A stretch of 32,000 nucleotides of DNA. It comes from Candidatus Heimdallarchaeota archaeon (GTDB taxonomy: Archaea; Asgardarchaeota; Heimdallarchaeia; Heimdallarchaeales; Kariarchaeaceae). Of this stretch, positions 17,396 to 25,735 are shown piece after piece; position 1 is the stretch's first letter; every line of letters starts with the position of its first letter. The notes under the pieces were generated by a model that ran no database searches, had not been told where the DNA came from, and was given only the letters and a program-made list of their open reading frames with translations. The stretch spans positions 240,001 through 272,000 of the forward strand of contig JASBSB010000006.1 in assembly GCA_030149205.1 (NCBI GenBank), in the 5' to 3' direction. The position numbers and the translations under genes were made by a program.

Positions 17396-20300
17396 TCAAA
17401 GAAAGAATTTCTGTTCTGTAAGTTTGAGGTAAGAAGCATGCATCTGTGGATTGTCTGGATACTGTTTGTAAGCATTATGAATAAAATCCTCAAAAAGACT
17501 GAAGATTTCGTAATGGTTATTTGATAAGAAGGTGACTATTTGTGTAAGATCTGTCTCAGTGAGAAGAGGAATAATACCGGTTATGTGGTCTCTCAGTGAA
17601 AGGAAAGTTGTACTGAAGGCTATTTTTTCAATCTGGTTATCATCAGATCTTATCTCAAGATTTTCAAGGGTTTCTATTATTTTCACTCCATTAGGGTTTC
17701 TCCAATTAGAAAAGGCATGATTAAGAACATAAAGGAGGTTGATAAGATGTTTTTCAGGTTTAGAGGATTTAATACCCGTGAGGTACAGACTAAAGATCTT
17801 AATTGTGAGTAGAACTGAAAGGATTGGGTAACCTCTCTCTGGATCAGCTACTTTATCAAATTCTGAAAACCAGTATGAAAGAATTTCTTCTTTCTGATTT
17901 GAGACGGTAATTAGATGGTTTTCAGTGACAAATTTAGAAAACATCAAAGTCGAATATATTTCAGAATGAAGCTCTAAGGGTAAACAATAGTTTTCAATAA
18001 ACTTCTCAAAATCATTCAAATTTATCAATAAATGATAAAGGTCAGGAGATACATTCAATAACAATTCGCACTTGCTCTTTGGTTCACCTAGATAACCGAT
18101 AAACAGAAACGAATTATAGGTATCATCTAGATTAATCTTCATCTCTAATGTTTTGCTGACGAGTTTAAAAATCAAAATTTTTGTCTTAATTATGACGGGT
18201 TTATTGCTCCTATATCTTCTCAAAGAGCTCAATAACTCATATCCAAGAGATTTCTTGTTCAATAACCCTTCGACAATAAGTTTTGTAAGGTTAAGAACTG
18301 TTTTAAGCTGAATCTCCGACAGATTTTGCTTATCCACCCATTCAGTTAAATCTGTAATTAATTCCAAATAGTTCTGAGTCCTAATCTTTCTCAAATGTAC
18401 AAGGGTCTGTGGATAAAAGGTTGAGCTTTCATGGATTAGTGGGAGTAGGTTTTCAGACAATTCAGTAACAAGAAACAAGAAATCATCAACTGTCAGCCTT
18501 TTAAAACTTAAACCGATCACTAATAAGGCATAAATTTCCCTTAATTTGCGAGAATCTTCAATGAGGTATAGGTTAATTAAATTTAAAAGATTGAGCTTGT
18601 CAATCAATTCCCCTAGCACCCCAATCTCAACCTTGAAGATATCTAAAACTATCTCCGAAATTGAAGAATATGTTGTATCCTTAGAATTTTTAAATTGAAG
18701 ATCTGCAATCATTTTAACTAAGGTGGAAGGCGTACTTACTAGATAATTTGCTAACTCTTTTAATGAGCTAAACCCTTGTTCTAACTTAGAAGAGTTTAGT
18801 ATTAATCTTACAACAGTGAAATCATGCCTTGGAATGATCGGCTCAAGTGGTTTTAACACTGATAAATTTTGTAGTAGAGCAGATTCTTTGGGATAATTAC
18901 TCATAATCAATTCAGAAAGGTCATCTGCAAGTGTGGATTTATTATCTCCTACTTCGAAAAGTAAGAATTGCAGTAGATGACTGAAAATCAATTGATCGAA
19001 GGATACTTCTAAGTCTATGGAAGCGATCTTATAATACAATAACCTATGATATTTCCGAACTGGACTGAGTAGCATGTTACTTGAATATACTAAGAGCCGA
19101 TTATATAGTGAAAATTGGTTTGATGATGTTATCTCAGAATAAGATTGCTGAACCAGTTCTATTAAACTATTTAATATTTGTGGACCTTTAATTTCCAAAT
19201 TAGGATTGAAAACCAAATCGAAAATAGAACGTCTCTCTTGAGAGGGTAAAAATCTGAGGAAGGGGAGGAATAATTCTGGGAATGCTAAGTACTGTGAATT
19301 TACACTTATTGTGTTTAATATAGTAACTGCTCTTTTTTCTAAGAAACTTTTATTTTCTTCATGAGAAGTAATCAGTTTGTTGAATTTTGAAACTAAATCA
19401 TTGGTTATAACCCATTGATTTTCTGTTGTTAACTTCAATAGGTCAATATTTAATGGTTCACCTTCCATTAGAAGTAGAACCTGCAAGTAAACTATATTCG
19501 TCATCTCTGGTTGTAAATCAATAAACCCAGATCTTGCCTTGATCAGATACACCAACTGTTCCTGGTCTAAAGTTGCTTGATTTATTACATCTCTATTAGG
19601 TTCAAAAATTTGCTGATTCTTTTCAATAAGTTGAAAATAAAGGTTTACAAGGTCTAAAAATTCAAAGAGCTTTAATTCGCTGTCTTTTATCTCCAATTCT
19701 TGAAGATTTACAAGTATTGAGTTCAAAATGGTCTCACTTGTAAACATGAATCCATAACGATTCACAGTAAATAAGGGTAATTTAACAGATAACTCCTGGA
19801 ATACCGACAACGAATCTTTCTCTAATTCCTCAAAATATACAAAACAATTTTTCAACGTGTCTCGACTCAAAAAATCATCATTAGGTTTCCTTCCTTCTAA
19901 TTTGTTTCGGAATATCAAAATTAAATATTCTAACAATTGAATAGATTCTAAATTTAGACCATGGAAAAGAGAAATTTTCCTTTGGGTACTTAGATTGACA
20001 TTTTGAAGGTTTGAAGGTTGCGAAATTTCTTGAGGTAGAGTGAGGGTCATTTTTTTGAAAACTGCTAAATAGGGAATCAGTAACTCATGAGGAACATCTG
20101 GGTAATCTGCTCTATATATCCCTTTAAGATTTTCAACAAAACTTGAATAATAGTTTGCATAAAGAGAGGGCAAGAGATGTAGGGTTTCAGGACTAAGGAT
20201 TACATACAAGTTTGAGATGATGATCGACCCTATTAATTCCTTTACCAGACCTGATGGGAGGTTAATGGTTTCAACAATACTAAGTTTCGGGTCAAGCTCA

Positions 20301-21340
20301 ACTTCTAACGCTAGCTCATAGAAACTTAAAGGACTTTCAACAAAGAAAACCAATTTCAGATCTAGACCTTTAATGGATTTAAGAAAACTCTTTATCTCAG
20401 CTTGTGACTGCTGTTGTATATAGGCAAATCCTGAAAGAAAAATTAACAAAGGTCTTTTGATTTGAGATTTAACAGATTGTAGAATCTCTTCAGGTGAATC
20501 ACTTTCTCTTTGTAAATTTAACTCTAAGGATTTCAGATCAAGCTGGTCAAGAATTTGATCTGTTACTTGTTTTATGATTGGTTTATTTTCATCAATCATT
20601 ATCAAGTTAATTTGAATTACAGGAGCATGTTTCTCAATTTGTAATATAAGCATAGATCTTATAAAAGAATCTGAATTAATAATCACGGTAGCATTTAACA
20701 AAGATTGATCCAAGAGATTTGATAGAATGCTGGGGTTATATTTTAGAAAGATTTCTAACAATACAGTTGAAGAAGGATTTAAATCAAAGGTTAAATCATG
20801 CCCACAATGAGTTGCATCAAAGAATTGCAGTGCTAATACAAACCCCTCCCGTTTAATAAAAACTTCTGACCATGAATTTTTTGCTGTTGATATCACAATC
20901 AGATTTAACTCTGCAAGGTACCTTAGTTTTTCTAACTTAAATAACTGTCTAAACTTCTTTTTTTTTCCAAATACTTTATTCCATTCGTCTTTAGATCCTG
21001 TAACATCCCTTTCGTAATGAATCTGCTGGACTTCCTCCCTGTTAACCAGACGGAAAGGTTGTTCAGGTATTAAAACCTCAGATCGTGCGGTTTTATTCTC
21101 ATTCTCAGATATCAAAGTTTCGCTTTGTTTCCTTCGGGAAGCGACTGCGAGATGAATCAAAATCTGTTGTAAATCAAAGTCATCTGTTAGTACCTCTCTT
21201 GAATTAAAAAAATTCTCCAGTGATATTTGATTAAGTAGATTTTCAAACAGGTTATCCTCACCTAATAGAACCCTCTTTTCGTTGATCGAATGATGCTTTT
21301 TGAAATTTTCTAGATTAGATTTTAGGTCCTTAAAGGTCAC
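17396..21340 (-). CDS. Large hypothetical protein: probable wHTH + degenerate P-loop NTPase (STAND/AAA+-like) + helical repeat region
   Basis: Uninterrupted 1314-aa ORF with a GTG start. Domain assignment is by secondary-structure pattern only (see findings). Confidence 0.5.
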   Translation of the reverse strand: MTFKDLKSNLENFKKHHSINEKRVLLGEDNLFENLLNQISLENFFNSREVLTDDFDLQQILIHLAVASRRKQSETLISENENKTARSEVLIPEQPFRLVNREEVQQIHYERDVTGSKDEWNKVFGKKKKFRQLFKLEKLRYLAELNLIVISTAKNSWSEVFIKREGFVLALQFFDATHCGHDLTFDLNPSSTVLLEIFLKYNPSILSNLLDQSLLNATVIINSDSFIRSMLILQIEKHAPVIQINLIMIDENKPIIKQVTDQILDQLDLKSLELNLQRESDSPEEILQSVKSQIKRPLLIFLSGFAYIQQQSQAEIKSFLKSIKGLDLKLVFFVESPLSFYELALEVELDPKLSIVETINLPSGLVKELIGSIIISNLYVILSPETLHLLPSLYANYYSSFVENLKGIYRADYPDVPHELLIPYLAVFKKMTLTLPQEISQPSNLQNVNLSTQRKISLFHGLNLESIQLLEYLILIFRNKLEGRKPNDDFLSRDTLKNCFVYFEELEKDSLSVFQELSVKLPLFTVNRYGFMFTSETILNSILVNLQELEIKDSELKLFEFLDLVNLYFQLIEKNQQIFEPNRDVINQATLDQEQLVYLIKARSGFIDLQPEMTNIVYLQVLLLMEGEPLNIDLLKLTTENQWVITNDLVSKFNKLITSHEENKSFLEKRAVTILNTISVNSQYLAFPELFLPFLRFLPSQERRSIFDLVFNPNLEIKGPQILNSLIELVQQSYSEITSSNQFSLYNRLLVYSSNMLLSPVRKYHRLLYYKIASIDLEVSFDQLIFSHLLQFLLFEVGDNKSTLADDLSELIMSNYPKESALLQNLSVLKPLEPIIPRHDFTVVRLILNSSKLEQGFSSLKELANYLVSTPSTLVKMIADLQFKNSKDTTYSSISEIVLDIFKVEIGVLGELIDKLNLLNLINLYLIEDSRKLREIYALLVIGLSFKRLTVDDFLFLVTELSENLLPLIHESSTFYPQTLVHLRKIRTQNYLELITDLTEWVDKQNLSEIQLKTVLNLTKLIVEGLLNKKSLGYELLSSLRRYRSNKPVIIKTKILIFKLVSKTLEMKINLDDTYNSFLFIGYLGEPKSKCELLLNVSPDLYHLLINLNDFEKFIENYCLPLELHSEIYSTLMFSKFVTENHLITVSNQKEEILSYWFSEFDKVADPERGYPILSVLLTIKIFSLYLTGIKSSKPEKHLINLLYVLNHAFSNWRNPNGVKIIETLENLEIRSDDNQIEKIAFSTTFLSLRDHITGIIPLLTETDLTQIVTFLSNNHYEIFSLFEDFIHNAYKQYPDNPQMHASYLKLTEQKFFL

Positions 21341-21406
21341 ACAACTCTTTAGTAATCTTTAGTATTATGGTTTATCAGGTTTTGGTAATTGTCAGATTAT
21401 TATTAA

Positions 21407-21958
21407 TTACTCTACACTTTCTGAAGCCTGTATCTCTTCAACCAACTCTGTAAATACCTTGTCCACATTTAACCCTAAAAGTGCGGATGTTTCAATATAT
21501 GAGACGTCGTAACCAGACCATTCTGATAATGTTTCTGCATAACCCTTTGCAATATCAGCAGGTACTGCCCATTTGCCTTCTTTTGTTCTTAAGTCCACTT
21601 TGTTACCAACAACAATGAATGGTATGATCTTTCCAACATTTCTTATGGTTTCATCAATCCAATATGGGAGGTTTTCATAGGTCTGTGGTCTGGAAATATC
21701 GAAAACTAGAATTGCACCCGTTGTTCCCTTGTAATAGCCTTCTCTTACCACATCAAAGTTTTCTTGACCTGCAAGATCCCATATTTGGAATACAACATCC
21801 TCAACCCTTTTAACCCCAAAATCAGCACCTATCGTCATCAGGTAATTGTAATCAAATCCTTGTCCAAGGTACCGTCTCCTTAGTGATGTCTTTCCGACCA
21901 TTGGATCACCTATCAAGACCAATTTGTAAACCTGCTTTTGATTGTAATTGAATGACAA
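21407..21958 (-). CDS. Ras-superfamily small GTPase, Rab-like
   Basis: G1 GDPMVGKT, G2 T, G3 WDLAGQ, G4 NKVD, G5 ETSAL. RabF-like IGADF, QIWD, YYKG and LVFDIS. No C-terminal cysteine. TTG start. Confidence 0.93.
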   Translation of the reverse strand: MSFNYNQKQVYKLVLIGDPMVGKTSLRRRYLGQGFDYNYLMTIGADFGVKRVEDVVFQIWDLAGQENFDVVREGYYKGTTGAILVFDISRPQTYENLPYWIDETIRNVGKIIPFIVVGNKVDLRTKEGKWAVPADIAKGYAETLSEWSGYDVSYIETSALLGLNVDKVFTELVEEIQASESVE

Positions 21959-22007
21959 ATTAATTATATATGATTTTCTCTCTTTTAACTATTTTCATTT
22001 CTAAGAG

Positions 22008-22013
22008 TATAAA
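22008..22013 (-). promoter_or_regulatory. Candidate TATA box for the Rab-like gene/operon
   Basis: TTTATA on the minus strand, preceded by purine-rich GCAAAGA (BRE-like), 50 nt upstream of TTG 21958. Confidence 0.35.
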
Positions 22014-22144
22014 TCTTTGCGGAAGCTAAAAATTTTGAGAGTTGTATATCAAAAAATCGATTTTATTACCTTTTTTATTACCATAGCAAAGTAGAAACAA
22101 TTAATCCAAGAACACTTTATATAAAAAGAAGATGAGATAATGAT

Positions 22145-22912
22145 GTGCTACAAGCAATATCTACTGATCAGATGAAACTTGTCGATCAAATTATGACAAA
22201 TAAATTTCAGATTCCTGTGGAATTGATGATGGAACATGCAGGGTTAAATTTGGCAAAATTAGCGTCAAGGGAAATATCCTCTTATAACGTTGTAGTTTTT
22301 GTTGGTAATGGAAACAACGGGGGAGGTGGATTGGTCTGTGCAAGACGGTTAATAGCTTGGGGGTATCAGGTATCACTTTACTCACCCTCATTGTTTCAAA
22401 AGTTTAAAGAAACCCCATACAATCAATTTAAACGTACTATAGCTATTGATCCTGGTATCCATCTCCTAAAGTCAGAGGAAGATTTTTACAATTACAAGAA
22501 TGAGTCCGACCACCCTCTCCTAGCAGTTGATGCCTATATAGGTTACGGATTCTCGGGGATCCCCTCTGAAATTGCTAAGAAGACGATACAGTTAATAAAA
22601 AGTTGCGACAAAATAATTTCGCTTGATGCTCCATCTGGATTAGATACAACGACTGGTCAAAATACCCTAAATCTTATCCCAGACATAATAGCAACTTTGG
22701 CATATCCAAAAATTGGATTGTTAAAAATTTCTCAGCTCGATACAGAGATATTTTTAGTTGACATAGGTGTTCCCATGTCTGTATATCTAGATAACTTGGG
22801 ATTAGAGTGGGAAAACTCTACTAAAAGGGAATTAAAAAAGGTTTATTTCAAACTTAAAAATACGTCTTTCATTTCAATAAGACTTGATAATAACGGGTGG
22901 ACTACGAAATAG
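22145..22912 (+). CDS. nnrE: NAD(P)H-hydrate epimerase (YjeF_N), stand-alone
   Basis: LMMEHAG, GNGNNGGGGLVCARRL, VDAYIGYG, SLDAPSG, TLAYPKIGL. Confidence 0.88.
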   Translation: MLQAISTDQMKLVDQIMTNKFQIPVELMMEHAGLNLAKLASREISSYNVVVFVGNGNNGGGGLVCARRLIAWGYQVSLYSPSLFQKFKETPYNQFKRTIAIDPGIHLLKSEEDFYNYKNESDHPLLAVDAYIGYGFSGIPSEIAKKTIQLIKSCDKIISLDAPSGLDTTTGQNTLNLIPDIIATLAYPKIGLLKISQLDTEIFLVDIGVPMSVYLDNLGLEWENSTKRELKKVYFKLKNTSFISIRLDNNGWTTK

Positions 22913-22916
22913 AAGC

Positions 22917-24587
22917 TTAATCAAATCTATCTAGATATTTTTGATTCTTTCGTTTCAATGCTGCCTCGACAAAGGAGAAGTAGGGTGGAGAGGGTCTCCA
23001 GGGATTAGATTTAAACTCAGGATGAAATTGGGTCGCAATAAAATAGGGGTGGTCAACAATCTCTAGAGTTTCCATGAGTTCATTCCAAGTTCCTGTAAAT
23101 TGGAGACTTTTTTCATCAAATACATAGAGCAATTCTGGATTTACCTCATACCGATGTCTATGTCTTTCCTGAATTTTTAGCTTTTTGTAAATCTCATATA
23201 TTTTGGTATTAGGACGCAAAGTAACTTCATAACTCCCCAATCTCATGGTTCCACCTTTTTCAGAAACAGATCGTTGTTCTGGAAGTAAATCAATTATGGG
23301 GAATTTTGCATTGGGATTAATTTCTGTTGAGTAAGCATCTTGTATCCCTAGTACATTCCTGGCATACTCAACCACGGAGAGCTGAAATCCTAGGCAAATT
23401 CCCAAAAAAGGGATCTTATTTTTGCGTGCATATTCTATGGCCTTGATTTTACCCTCTATTCCTCTGGTTCCGAATCCCCCAGGAATAAGTATCCCATCAA
23501 CCTTATCAAGTAAGGACAATGAAGCTTCATCCTCCTCAAATCGTTCTGTTGGTAAGAGGTGTAATTCAACATCAACACCTTGATTCCATCCTGCATGTTT
23601 TAAAGCCTCAGTGACTGAAATATACGAATCACTTAGTGAGGTGTACTTTCCGGGAATACCAATCTTGACCTTTTCTTTCAGACTTTTAATTTCCTGAGTT
23701 AAATTTACAAATTTTGTCCAGTTTGGTGGAGTAACACGAGAATGAATTCTAAGCTGATCTTCAAGCAAATTACCAAGTCCCTGGCGTTCCAATGCACGAG
23801 GTACTTGAAAGACATTAGGTAAATCTGGAAGGTCTAAAACAGCGTTCTCAGCAACGTTCCCAAAATTTGATATTTTTTCAAGGGCTTTTGATGATAGAGG
23901 GATAGAACTTCGACAGATTATAATGTTTGGAGACATTCCCGCAGCTTGTAACTCTCTTACAGAATGTTGAGCTGGTTTAGTTTTATGCTCTTTTAAATGT
24001 TCAGGGAATGGTACATAGGTCAGCAGGACAATAGAGGTAAGGTGACCATTTTCTTTTCGCTTCAGTTGACGTATAGCCTCCAGATAAGGTTGTGATTCAA
24101 TATCCCCAATTGTGCCACCTACCTCAACAAGCATGACATCAGGAGTAAATTTTTTTCTTTGCTCCTCTATTCGTCTCAGTATCTCATCTATGATATGTGG
24201 GACAATCTGAACAGTTTGACCAAGAAAATCTCCTCTTCTTTCTCTACTGATTACCTCAAAATAAATTTGTCCTGTGGTGATATTCTGTTCCTTTGAAACT
24301 TCTATTTCCAAAAAACGTTCATAGTGACCGAAGTCCACATCAAGCTCACCACCGTCGTTTGTTACAAAGGTTTCACCGTGTTCGGTAGGATTCATTGTCC
24401 CCGCATCTAAATTCAGATAAGGATCTATTTTAATGATGTGAACTTTAAGTCCTCTCGCTTGGAGTGCGGCTCCTATGGAACAGGTAACAATTCCTTTCCC
24501 TAATCCTGACAAGACAGAGCCTAAAATAAAAACTGTTTTTGATTGAACCTTATTTTCACTCAAACTTGATGTGTGTAATGTAGACAC
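22917..24587 (-). CDS. pyrG: CTP synthase
   Basis: SGLGKG, KIDPYLN.DAGTM.P..HGE, EVGGTIGDIES, KTKPAQHS, PGGFG.RG, GICLG, ERHRHRYE, QFHPE. Confidence 0.99.
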   Translation of the reverse strand: MSTLHTSSLSENKVQSKTVFILGSVLSGLGKGIVTCSIGAALQARGLKVHIIKIDPYLNLDAGTMNPTEHGETFVTNDGGELDVDFGHYERFLEIEVSKEQNITTGQIYFEVISRERRGDFLGQTVQIVPHIIDEILRRIEEQRKKFTPDVMLVEVGGTIGDIESQPYLEAIRQLKRKENGHLTSIVLLTYVPFPEHLKEHKTKPAQHSVRELQAAGMSPNIIICRSSIPLSSKALEKISNFGNVAENAVLDLPDLPNVFQVPRALERQGLGNLLEDQLRIHSRVTPPNWTKFVNLTQEIKSLKEKVKIGIPGKYTSLSDSYISVTEALKHAGWNQGVDVELHLLPTERFEEDEASLSLLDKVDGILIPGGFGTRGIEGKIKAIEYARKNKIPFLGICLGFQLSVVEYARNVLGIQDAYSTEINPNAKFPIIDLLPEQRSVSEKGGTMRLGSYEVTLRPNTKIYEIYKKLKIQERHRHRYEVNPELLYVFDEKSLQFTGTWNELMETLEIVDHPYFIATQFHPEFKSNPWRPSPPYFSFVEAALKRKNQKYLDRFD

Positions 24588-24658
24588 AATCTGATAGAAA
24601 TTCCTTTTTTTAAAAGGTATTGGTCATTTTAGGGAACAGAGAATCTTTAGAGAAATGC

Positions 24659-25117
24659 CTAAAATCTAGTACGGTTAGCAGAAATGGCTAGCTTCGCCTT
24701 GACACCATTGCCACCGAAACTTTCATACTCTTTACCTTGTCCTAATTTTATAGTCAACTTCACGTCTATGAGTTTATCATCTTTTCCTAAATCTTTGTCA
24801 TAGACCCTAAAGGGTACTTCGATACTCCCGCCATCTTTCTTCTCAATAAACTCAGAATATAATGATAGCCCATCGGACGGTTTAAAAACTTCATTTCGAT
24901 CAATTTCTATCTCACCATGGTCAGGAGTTCTTTTTGATCGTAATCTACTTCCCATCTCAATATAGATCTCAGAAGTCCGACCTATATGATCAGTTTCTTC
25001 CTCAACCTTGATTGATACTAGTGAGATATGAACAAAATATCTCCATCCTTCTATCGGAGTTCTGTCTCCTTTTGCACTTGTATCTGTGTATGTTTTTACT
25101 ACTCTTTTTCTGCCCAT
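24659..25117 (-). CDS. Stand-alone C2-domain-like protein (tentative)
   Basis: All-beta pattern. ETDHIGRTSEIYI resembles the C2 D..G.SDPYV loop, and RVYDKDLGKDDKLI resembles V.D.D....D.iG. The start could be ATG 25117, 25141 or 25165. Confidence 0.5.
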   Translation of the reverse strand: MGRKRVVKTYTDTSAKGDRTPIEGWRYFVHISLVSIKVEEETDHIGRTSEIYIEMGSRLRSKRTPDHGEIEIDRNEVFKPSDGLSLYSEFIEKKDGGSIEVPFRVYDKDLGKDDKLIDVKLTIKLGQGKEYESFGGNGVKAKLAISANRTRF

Positions 25118-25255
25118 ATCGTCAAATTTGAGTTCCCACATAAAAAGATTAGGTGTGAAATTCATTTGAGTTTTTATAGCTATTGAACAAAACCTTCCAA
25201 ATAAATCATGTTTTTAAAACCCAATAATTTTAAATGATAAATACTACTATTACCC

Positions 25256-25723
25256 ATGGCTGTGCAAAACGTTCGACAAAAATGGTTTGAGTTAGATTCG
25301 ACTCATGGAAAAATAGATCTACATGAAGAGGTCAAAAAACACAAATTTACCGTATTAGTGTTCTACAGGGGTGGCTGGTGCCCAAATTGTAATATGTATT
25401 TGAAGAGTCTCAAGGAAAGTTACAATAAATTCACAGAAAATGGTGCTGTATTGTTGGCTATCAGTAGTGATAAACCTGAAGAACTAAGAGAAACAGATTA
25501 CCCCTTTCCGTTGTTGTTTGATGAGAACTGTGAAACCATTATAAATTATTGTGTTTTTGTTGAAAACGTGGATAATTGGGCTCTAAAAAACAAGAAACAA
25601 GATTTCGCAATACCGTCTGTGTTTATTTTGGACATGCAGGGAAACATCATTTGGGAGCAAATTAGTAATGAGGATTTCCACAATAGACCTAGCCCAGATG
25701 AAATAATTTCACATTTTGGTTAA
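25256..25723 (+). CDS. AhpC/TSA-family peroxiredoxin-like redoxin
   Basis: VLVFYRGGWCPNC (CxxC), LAISSD, FPLLFD, AIPSVFILD, RP. Confidence 0.88.
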   Translation: MAVQNVRQKWFELDSTHGKIDLHEEVKKHKFTVLVFYRGGWCPNCNMYLKSLKESYNKFTENGAVLLAISSDKPEELRETDYPFPLLFDENCETIINYCVFVENVDNWALKNKKQDFAIPSVFILDMQGNIIWEQISNEDFHNRPSPDEIISHFG

Positions 25724-25735
25724 AATCATGTTAGA

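Noticed and set aside
17396-21340. Calling the large protein an active antiphage STAND (Avs) or NACHT ATPase
   Set aside because: No intact Walker A (GKT/S) or Walker B acidic pair, no recognisable nuclease/TIR/SIR2 effector, and the context is housekeeping rather than a defence island.
21960-21998. Upstream mini-ORF MKIVKREKIIYN ending 1 nt before the Rab TTG start
   Set aside because: Only 12 codons with no SD, and the best TATA candidate (22008-22013) would start transcription downstream of its ATG. Probably chance in AT-rich DNA.
25256-25723. Selenocysteine or read-through in the redoxin genes
   Set aside because: Both peroxiredoxin-like ORFs have ordinary Cys codons at the active site and no in-frame TGA.
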